This document shows positions 1 to 7,416 of a stretch of 64,000 nucleotides of DNA, piece after piece. Positions within the stretch are counted from its first letter, which is position 1; each line of letters starts with the position of its first letter. The position numbers were made by a program, and so were the translations under genes. Origin of the DNA: a virus; IMG/VR virus record IMGVR_UViG_3300045988_146774, positions 32,001 to 96,000 of that record. The stretch is one strand, 5' to 3'. Below the pieces are notes generated by a model. It searched no databases and was not told the origin of the DNA. It worked only from the letters and a program-made list of their open reading frames with translations.

Positions 1-21
1 GGCGGAACTTCTTGCTCCGCC
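1..21 (-). terminator. possible hairpin terminator of minus-strand CDS 47..883 (cut by window edge)
   Basis: Inverted repeat GGCGGA(1-6)/TCCGCC(16-21) lies 26 nt beyond the stop of the minus-strand ORF. Any U-tract would fall outside the window. Confidence 0.25.
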
Positions 22-46
22 TTTCGAACTAAACATTTTTTTGTGA

Positions 47-883
47 CTATGCAAAGTAGTGTTTAATTACAATGTTGCTAATGCATGTTGCAAGACCACT
101 GTAATCATATGTAGTCTTACCAGATTTCTTGTCTTTCTTAACTTTGACAAGTGTGTTAACCTGACGATGGCTGAAATCGACTTTACCAGTCTTGTCGTTT
201 ACAGAAAATTTATTCTGAAAACCTTTGACATAACAATCATTCAAAAGTTTCTTATCTTCTGCCGTAAGTTTAACACGAGTCTTGTCCGTGTAAGGTGTTT
301 CAAACGGTAAGCTGAAAGTTTTCTTGATTATAGTCTCAAGCTCTTTAGACGCTGACTTATAAGCGTCCTTTACTTCTTTTGACATTACAATATTGCCGTC
401 TTCACCAGCTTTAGAATTGATATGAATCGTCTCTAAAGCATTGTAAAGTGCTTCTGATTCGAACGCTGGGATAATCGCATACTTCACAAGTTTAGAGTTA
501 TCCCATGATGCAAGGACTCTAAGAACAGTCCGTACTACATCTTTGTCATTCTTGAAATGGTCATGATTCTCTGCTGTCATTACAGAGATAACTTTATTGT
601 ATACCTCTAATGTATCAGCAGAGTTGTTCCGTGCGGTTTCAAGATTAGCCTGAGCCGTTTCGAGTTTGATTGTAAGAGCTTTTTCTTCTACTTCTTTCTG
701 CTCTGGAGTTTTATCCTTGTTATCTTTGAGGTTCACAAGCTGTTTTTCAATCCGTGAAATGTCAGTCTGTACAAGCTGGATTGTCATTTCATACTCTTCG
801 TGAGAGATTGCGCTCATAAGTTCTTCTGTCTGTTCAACTGTAGCTTTTTTGTTAAGGAAATTGATTTTTAATGTGTTTTTCAT
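47..883 (-). CDS. hypothetical protein (coiled-coil-rich N-terminus)
   Basis: 278-aa ORF. On the minus strand an AGAGGTA SD sits 5 nt before the ATG. It is the only long ORF here and diverges from the rest of the window. No family recognised. Confidence 0.6.
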   Translation of the reverse strand: MKNTLKINFLNKKATVEQTEELMSAISHEEYEMTIQLVQTDISRIEKQLVNLKDNKDKTPEQKEVEEKALTIKLETAQANLETARNNSADTLEVYNKVISVMTAENHDHFKNDKDVVRTVLRVLASWDNSKLVKYAIIPAFESEALYNALETIHINSKAGEDGNIVMSKEVKDAYKSASKELETIIKKTFSLPFETPYTDKTRVKLTAEDKKLLNDCYVKGFQNKFSVNDKTGKVDFSHRQVNTLVKVKKDKKSGKTTYDYSGLATCISNIVIKHYFA

Positions 884-1550
884 AATAATACCTCTACTTT
901 CTTCTGCTATGCAGATATGGATTAATTAGTTTAATGTGTTATGCACACTATAAAAGGGTAGACTGGTAGCGTATACCTGGATTCTACCCCTCTAACTATG
1001 TATAACTTGGTTATGCAAGCGTAAATCTAGCGGTCATGCGGATTGGTTTTACCCAACACCAAGAAGTCAGATGTTACTCTGTACTCTGCCATACTAGATA
1101 ATACTTGTATCTTTATGTGTTGTCTGGCTAGAATAAGTATGGTTATGAACTTCTAACCAAGTCAGCATTTTTTGTTAGCCGAGTTATTAATTGACTGGTT
1201 GTTTTATCTATCATTGAAGCACTACCTAGAATATACCTCTAAGTAAAACCCCTGTGGTCATTGCTACGCTGGGAACTACCCAACACTGTCATATTGACAG
1301 ACGTCCTTCGGATAATAAGTCGGAAGAACTGCACTATTTTTTCGAGACTTTGTGCGTATTGTCTACAATATTAAATTTGTAGTGGGGAAAACCTGTAATA
1401 ATACAGGAAACATTAACATTTTATTAATCATAATGATTACCCACGCAACCTATAAAGCTTATAGTCTTTAGTAGTCCTGTCTAGGACAAGATACTGTACC
1501 TAGTCTACAATACAGACTGTTTATTTAATTATTTGTGGTAATTGTTCACG

Positions 1551-1593
1551 AACTGTGATAGAATCGAATTGTGGTTACAACTCTATCACAGTT
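1551..1593. repeat. perfect 12-bp inverted repeat with 19-nt spacer
   Basis: AACTGTGATAGA (1551-1562) and TCTATCACAGTT (1582-1593) are exact reverse complements. Could be an operator or an RNA hairpin. Confidence 0.6.
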
Positions 1594-2124
1594 GTCAAAC
1601 TAGGTTATATATTCAAGATATTCTTGCTCGGATGTGAACAACTGGTACTTGTTCTCGTCCGAGATATAACCCATGTACCCAAAGGGTACTATGTAACCTT
1701 TAATCACATGATTCACCACCTTCCATATGATTGTAGGGGTTTTAACGACTTTTCCTTGTCATATTTTTCATATGTTATCATCTTCTTTTTTTAATAATTT
1801 GTGGTTGCTACCCACCTGTAAGCTATAAGTGCCATTCCGTCAATCTCTTGACTTATTTCAAGTCTAACATTTTACTTGATGTTTGTCAATATGTTTTCTT
1901 GATTTTTTGTGAAGTATCCGAGCGTTGTTAATCTTACCAGAAAATCAATTGATATATTGAATTATATCAAGTTTTGTTGTCCTCTTGATGTCTCATATAT
2001 TACAGGATATTTTTATAAATGTCAAGCGTCATTCTTGATTTTTTTCAAGTTTTTATGAAAAAACGTGTTTCTTCTATATAATGCAAAAAAAAGAAAGTTG
2101 TTCATGTAATAACTGAACAGGTAG

Positions 2125-2330
2125 AAAGATAGTTATAGTATATATTTGTATAGTTATATGTATAATATGTATTATTGCTATAATAGTAGGAATATAGATA
2201 ATATTGTATAATGTTAGTATATTGATATATGTATATGGTATATATGATGTATATGTCATAGTATATTATTATATGTATTATAGTATTATTATATAGCGTA
2301 TGGTATATGTTGTATAGTTGGTAGTGTAGT
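2125..2330. repeat. AT-rich low-complexity block (TATA/GTAT-type), candidate DNA-unwinding element
   Basis: About 200 bp made almost entirely of TA, TATG and GTAT permutations. The 61-aa minus ORF here is a composition artefact. Confidence 0.55.
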
Positions 2331-2602
2331 CGTGTGGCGCGACAGGTTGGGAACTGATTGAGATAGATTAATGTTAGTTATTGATTAATATTTATGGTTG
2401 TATTATTAATTTATTAGTGTATGTCAGGTTAGGGATTGAGCGCAGATTTGAAAAAGTGTGTATTTATGTGATAGTATAGTATGGTTATGTTATTAGTATA
2501 CTGTATTGCGGTATAGGATTGACTGCTAGACTGGATTTTTGAACATTTAGTGTGGGATTAATTTGTATATAGTTTAGCGTTTGATGTATGAATGTTTAGT
2601 AG

Positions 2603-2611
2603 TTATCCACG
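2603..2611 (+). promoter_or_regulatory. DnaA-box-like 9-mer TTATCCACG
   Basis: Matches the consensus TTATCCACA at 8 of 9 positions. Lies about 270 bp from the AT-rich block. Confidence 0.4.
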
Positions 2612-2636
2612 TAGTATAGTATAGTTTTTCACATTA

Positions 2637-2645
2637 TGTGGATAA
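2637..2645 (-). promoter_or_regulatory. DnaA-box 9-mer (TGTGGATAA on + strand, TTATCCACA on - strand)
   Basis: Exact 9 of 9 match to the DnaA-box consensus, inverted relative to the box at 2603 and 25 bp from it. Confidence 0.45.
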
Positions 2646-2885
2646 GTATATAAATGATTGTTTACTTATTAGTAATATATAAAAAAGCTATAGCACGATA
2701 TTCTGTTATAGTTTTAAGCTATAGCAACGTCTTCCCCTGTACAGGAAGTACAGAACCCTAAAAATTAATTTCCAATGAAAGAAAATTTTCATTTAGGTAT
2801 CGCTAAAATAAAAAGCCGTTCTTCCCCAGAGCAGACAACAAAAAAATTTTTATATCTATTAGAATATTTTATTTTACTAAATTTT

Positions 2886-2917
2886 CCCGTACTTTTCCCA
2901 TTTTTACGGGTTTTTTT
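2886..2917 (+). terminator. rho-independent terminator
   Basis: CCCGTA(2886-2891)/TACGGG(2905-2910) stem followed by T7. No annotated CDS upstream, so it may end a small RNA. Confidence 0.5.
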
Positions 2918-3024
2918 AGTATAGAATTTTATACTTTCACTATAAATAAAGACGGGGGTACTTAAAACTCGAACAAACGTTCGCAGTTTGCCAAGACTCA
3001 CTAGCTGATCAATCTACACACCAA

Positions 3025-3324
3025 CTCAAAAATTTCACATCCAAAATTCTTCTCCACTCTTCTCCACCAGTCTCCAAAACACCAAAAATCACCATTCAAT
3101 CCTAATCCTCAAAATATCCCTATTCTAAGCCAAAAATTACACTTCCCTCCTTTCCAACCCTTTATCGTACCCCTTATCGTAAAAACTCCCATTTTAAGCC
3201 AAAAATCACGTCTCAAACCTCAAAAATTGATCACACACTTATTCAAAAATTACTCCCACAACCAGACTTCTTCCTATTATATAAGGATTTTTTCGATATC
3301 ACTTTTCTCGTTCAAAAATCACAT
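3025..3324 (+). repeat. seven CAAAAAT(Y)nAC boxes in a G-poor stretch (iteron- or promoter-like)
   Basis: Copies start near 3027, 3083, 3131, 3200, 3221, 3244 and 3313. Two share the longer form TAAGCCAAAAATYAC. TTATCGTA occurs twice (3161-3168 and 3173-3180). Confidence 0.5.
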
Positions 3325-3417
3325 TATACATCACATCCAATCTCGCAATCTCATTCAGAGAATATATAAGAGACGCTTAAGAACTACAGATTCATAAAAA
3401 GAAACGGGGAAATAAAT

Positions 3418-4299
3418 ATGCGAAAAACAAACACAACAGAAATAGCAATGGCTGAAACATCGGAAACTAAAACAACATCAACACAGACTCCAATCGAAAT
3501 CGCACTTAAGATTGATGAAAATGGAATGACAACTGCAAGCCAGTTATATTCTTTCTTAGAATTAGATCCTTCTAATTTTTCAAGATGGTGCACTCGTAAT
3601 ATTAAAAATAATAAATTTGCTATAGAAAATACAGATTATATAGTTTTCGTCATGAAGGAAGAAAACTCATCTGGAGGCAGACCAAGAACTGACTATCATC
3701 TCACATCAGACTTTGCAAAGAAATTATCTATGACAGGCAATTCAGAAAGACATGAACAAGCCAGGGATTATTTTATTGCATGTGAACAAGGATTAAAAAT
3801 AGCCACAACCAAATTAAAATCACAACAGAACAATTTAGAACCGCTTTTTGATGCTATTACTACTCTTACGCAAACAATTGCATCCATGCAGCAAGATATT
3901 TCTTCTATCAAAAAATCATCTCAAAAGAAGAAACTTTCGGAAAAGAAATATTCTCGTTGGAAAACAAATACATTCTCAAAGTTAAATACTCTTACGCAAT
4001 ATGTAAATGAGAATTCAGACCAAACATTGCAACTGAAAGATACCATTCATATCACAATCAATGAGTTGGAAGACACATACAACATAGAACTTTCAGATTA
4101 TGTGCAGGCTTATAAATCAGAATTCAATCTTGAAACAGAACCATACGTAATAGATGTTATCAATCATTATAAAGACATCCGTGACATGTATACTCTCGTT
4201 TTAGATCATATTATGGAAAAACTAAATCTAAACACAAGAGATAAATCTACAGATAAAAATATTTTTGATATCCTTGCAGAAAATATGGCGATTGCATAA
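3418..4299 (+). CDS. phage antirepressor-like protein (AntA/AntB-type N-terminal domain)
   Basis: 293 aa. Segment GGRPRTDYHLTSDFAKKLSMTGNSERHEQARDYFIACEQ resembles the AntA/ANT antirepressor signature. The C-terminal half is paralogous to ORF 4848..5666 (KYSxW...). Confidence 0.55.
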   Translation: MRKTNTTEIAMAETSETKTTSTQTPIEIALKIDENGMTTASQLYSFLELDPSNFSRWCTRNIKNNKFAIENTDYIVFVMKEENSSGGRPRTDYHLTSDFAKKLSMTGNSERHEQARDYFIACEQGLKIATTKLKSQQNNLEPLFDAITTLTQTIASMQQDISSIKKSSQKKKLSEKKYSRWKTNTFSKLNTLTQYVNENSDQTLQLKDTIHITINELEDTYNIELSDYVQAYKSEFNLETEPYVIDVINHYKDIRDMYTLVLDHIMEKLNLNTRDKSTDKNIFDILAENMAIA

Positions 4300-4319
4300 A
4301 CAGATGCTTAAATCACATA

Positions 4320-4368
4320 AAATGACATCTAAAATCAATTCCACTATCATACCCTACCAATTTACCAC
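4320..4368 (+). repeat. about 50-bp direct repeat, copy 1 (AAATGACATC...CATACCCTACCAAtTTTACcAC)
   Basis: Imperfect copy of 4555-4603. The core CATACCCTACCAA is identical in both. Confidence 0.55.
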
Positions 4369-4467
4369 CTACCGGCATAAAGTCGCTTAAATCTCTCTCA
4401 GCTCAAAAATACTCCACAGACAGCATGTAAAGAATAATATATTACATACCAAAAAATAGACACAACA

Positions 4468-4499
4468 TAAGACAGGCAACAAAGTCTGTCTTATTTTAT
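4468..4499 (+). terminator. rho-independent terminator
   Basis: TAAGACAG/CTGTCTTA stem followed by TTTTAT. Confidence 0.55.
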
Positions 4500-4554
4500 A
4501 TCTATTAAATCACCCAAAAACACATCATTCTATATCCGCCCACCAAATCTTAAT

Positions 4555-4603
4555 AAATGACATCAATTTTAATTCAAACACCCATACCCTACCAACTTTA
4601 CAC
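4555..4603 (+). repeat. about 50-bp direct repeat, copy 2
   Basis: AAATGACATCAATTTTAATTCAAACACCCATACCCTACCAACTTTACAC, upstream of the second antirepressor paralog. Confidence 0.55.
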
Positions 4604-4847
4604 TAAGCATATAAAAATTAAAATAAGCATCAAATCATTAAGATTTTCTCCACATACACAAGTAAGAAAAATTGATTCTACTCTTCTGTTCCAGAATATA
4701 AATCGCAGAATGAAAATTACACTACAAACAATTCTCTTCACGGAGAATACTATATTGAATCGCTTTATCATTAATATCTACTCATGCAATCACAAACCGA
4801 GAAATTAAAAAATCCAAACACATACAAAAGGAAGGATAAGAAAAAAT

Positions 4848-5666
4848 ATGAAACTAAAATTAATTACAACAGAAACCTTTAATACAGTACCATGTGACTT
4901 CTATAGAAATATGAATGATGACATGTTACTTACAAGAGAACAAATTGGACAAGCATTAGAATACAAAGATCCATCCAAGGCAATTCGTAAGATTCATCTA
5001 AAACACAAGGACAGATTAGAACCATTATGCATAAGGCTGAAATTAGACAATAACCAGAATGGGGCTAACCTGTCAAAAAGCGAAGAACAAGAAAGAGTTT
5101 ATTATACGCAACGAGGAATTATGGAATTATGCAGATGGTCTAGACAACCAAAGGCTGACAAATTCATGGATTGGGCATGGGATATCATTGAATCCTACAG
5201 AAATAATACTCTCTCATCACAGAATATAGATATGAAAGCATTCACGGATATCCTTACATCATTATCCAATACACAGGCTGCAATGGCACAGACATTAAAT
5301 CTGCTCAATGAAAAGATTAATAATACAGAAGAACAACCTAGACCAAAGAGGAAATATTCTTACTGGACTTCTAAGATGTTTCCGAAGTATGAGGAATTAA
5401 TGGATTATCTTGGATATGAATCAAATGGAAAATTATATAAATATCTCTACAAAGAATTCAATGACATGTATCCAGATTATGATTTGCGTCAAGTCGCTGA
5501 TGATTATTGTTACGAGAATAAATTAGAGACATGTTTTACATTGGATGCTATTGAGCATGATAAGACAATCAGAAAATTATTTGAAAGAATGGTAGATAAT
5601 CTTTTGGAAGAATGTAGAAAAGGATATGAAGAAAGAAAATGTGATGTTATTTCTAATCATGGATAG
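4848..5666 (+). CDS. Bro-N-type antirepressor-like protein
   Basis: 272 aa, AAGGAAGGA SD. N-terminal pattern ...LLTREQIGQALEYKDPSKAIRKIH...YYTQRGIMELCRWSRQPKADKFMDWAWD resembles the Bro-N domain. The C-terminal half is paralogous to 3418..4299. Confidence 0.55.
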   Translation: MKLKLITTETFNTVPCDFYRNMNDDMLLTREQIGQALEYKDPSKAIRKIHLKHKDRLEPLCIRLKLDNNQNGANLSKSEEQERVYYTQRGIMELCRWSRQPKADKFMDWAWDIIESYRNNTLSSQNIDMKAFTDILTSLSNTQAAMAQTLNLLNEKINNTEEQPRPKRKYSYWTSKMFPKYEELMDYLGYESNGKLYKYLYKEFNDMYPDYDLRQVADDYCYENKLETCFTLDAIEHDKTIRKLFERMVDNLLEECRKGYEERKCDVISNHG

Positions 5667-5819
5667 AGAATAGATAAGAAGACAGATTGTTTGATTTATT
5701 AATCTTCAATCCAATCATAAACAATCGAATGAAAAATTACGGAGTAAATGGACGACAGTTCATTTACGGAGTATTAGTCTGTCTTCTTAAATAGTTATAT
5801 ATCTTGTTTCGGTTCGGCA

Positions 5820-5883
5820 GACGTACCCAAAGGTGACGTCAAAATTCCGATTTTTAGAAATCCGACGTACCCAAAAGTGACGT
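5820..5883 (+). promoter_or_regulatory. two 20-bp direct repeats GACGTACCCAAARGTGACGT (operator- or iteron-like)
   Basis: Copies at 5820-5839 and 5864-5883 differ at one base. They sit immediately upstream of the SD of the 5920 gene. Confidence 0.55.
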
Positions 5884-5919
5884 TTGCCGAACTCACGTAA
5901 AAAACGAAGGAGGTTTGTA

Positions 5920-6726
5920 TTGCAAAAAACAGAATACTTTACTAGATTCCCCAACGAATACATCCAGGGGGATATTAAAACGAAATTTGGAGTTAGTAGG
6001 AAATTTTATATTACTTACATTCTAATTGACAAATATAGATCCTACGAGGACTATAGTTGGATTACTATCAGAAAGGTTCTTGAATTTTATGGTTATAAAA
6101 CCACAAAAAGAAAACCAAAAGCGTTCCAAGAAATATTAGACGTTCTTGAATACATGATAAATAACAAGATGATTGTGGTAAAACAAGATTTAGACTCTAT
6201 CGGCTATGATACTGGAATAGAAATAAAAGTTATTCCAGATAATTTCGAAGCAAGAGAAAATTTTTCTAAAATCACATCGTCTCAATTAGATTTCATTATG
6301 ATGAATGAATCTAGTATCAATAAAGAGAACATATTAATGACATTTCTCTATATCAATTCTTACATATTCTTCAGACCAAAAATTAACAATGAAGAGGTGT
6401 TATATAACCCAGAAGAAAAACCGGAAGCTTTTTTCAGAAGCTTAAAAACGATGGCTGAAGATTTAAAAACATCAAAAGACAGTATAACACAATGTATTAA
6501 ATATCTAACTTCTCAATTTGGAGATATCAATCCACTTCTTATAAAAAAAGAAGTTGGAAGCATCCAACAAGATCCAAATAAGCCACCTAAAAATTTACCA
6601 AACATTTATGTCTTGAATCAGGAGGGATACGAAAAAGAAATAGAATGGGCACTTAAAAAGATGCTGAAAGCATATAATATAGATTCTTTTGGGAAATTGA
6701 AAGGTAGAAATACAAAAACAAAATAA
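5920..6726 (+). CDS. hypothetical winged-helix/HTH protein (possible replication initiator or organiser)
   Basis: ORF-track frame 5884..6726. GAAGGAGG SD at 5906-5913 favours the TTG at 5920. Function is a guess from position and helix-rich sequence only. Confidence 0.45.
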   Translation: MQKTEYFTRFPNEYIQGDIKTKFGVSRKFYITYILIDKYRSYEDYSWITIRKVLEFYGYKTTKRKPKAFQEILDVLEYMINNKMIVVKQDLDSIGYDTGIEIKVIPDNFEARENFSKITSSQLDFIMMNESSINKENILMTFLYINSYIFFRPKINNEEVLYNPEEKPEAFFRSLKTMAEDLKTSKDSITQCIKYLTSQFGDINPLLIKKEVGSIQQDPNKPPKNLPNIYVLNQEGYEKEIEWALKKMLKAYNIDSFGKLKGRNTKTK

Positions 6727-6932
6727 ATATATGGGGAATATATAAGTAGAGAGATGTCATTATAAAACAACACCTCTCATTTGGATGGCGTATGAGAATG
6801 AAAGACGGAATAGAAAAGATTCGTACCTATTTACATTTCGTTCTCATAGTTGATGCTAAAACAATTAATCTCACATCAAGAAAGGATGACCAGAGATGAA
6901 TAATTTTATAAACAAAAAGGAGAACAACAAAT

Positions 6933-7190
6933 ATGACAAACGAAACAGAAACAGTAAACTCACAGAACCATAACACATTACATATCCCAAGCCGTGAAGA
7001 ATTTCATAAGAGATATGGTGGAGAAATCCGGGGGTATGATTTTTGCACAGACTACTACCCCATTTCTATTGGACAAGATAAAGGTTCTAGAATCGCTGAA
7101 CAGATTGAAAGAGATAGAAAGCGTGAAGAGAAATTATATATGGAAGAAGCTGCTAATAAAGAAAGATGTAAAAAATATGAAGAGGAGTAA
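6933..7190 (+). CDS. hypothetical protein
   Basis: 85 aa, AAAGGAG SD upstream of the ATG. Confidence 0.5.
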   Translation: MTNETETVNSQNHNTLHIPSREEFHKRYGGEIRGYDFCTDYYPISIGQDKGSRIAEQIERDRKREEKLYMEEAANKERCKKYEEE

Positions 7191-7195
7191 GGATA

Positions 7196-7398
7196 TGGAA
7201 AATTTAGAAGAAAAGTTAGAAGTAATCAAATATGGAGATACCTATTCAAAATGTGTAGATAAAGATTGTGAAAATTGTAGTGATTTAGAAGAATGCTATT
7301 CTCGTACAAATGAAGAATTAAATGATAAATATGCAAAATCCTTGGACTATGGTGGTTTCGATTCTGCTGAAGAATTCTGGGAACAAGTATATAACTAG
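7196..7398 (+). CDS. hypothetical acidic Cys-containing protein
   Basis: In-frame ATG at 7196 with GGAGTAAGGA upstream. The longer track ORF (6994..) overlaps the previous gene and is probably an over-extension. Confidence 0.45.
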
Positions 7399-7416
7399 GT
7401 GGTGATAGGATAATAA

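Larger units (their letters stand above)
884..3417. other. 2.5 kb ORF-poor divergent control / origin-like region
   Basis: Only composition-driven short ORFs in six frames. Dense hairpins, iterated short boxes, an AT-rich block, DnaA-box-like 9-mers and strong local strand-composition switches (C-poor about 2340-2700, G-poor about 3000-3400). Confidence 0.6.

Noticed and set aside
1555-1794. 79-aa + strand ORF in the control region
   Set aside because: No SD. It spans the 12-bp inverted repeat and other hairpins, and its composition is not protein-like.
2074-2259. 61-aa minus-strand ORF (MTYTSYIPYTYINIL...)
   Set aside because: It lies entirely in the TA/GTAT low-complexity block. The Tyr/Ile/Thr-only composition is a repeat artefact, and there is no SD.
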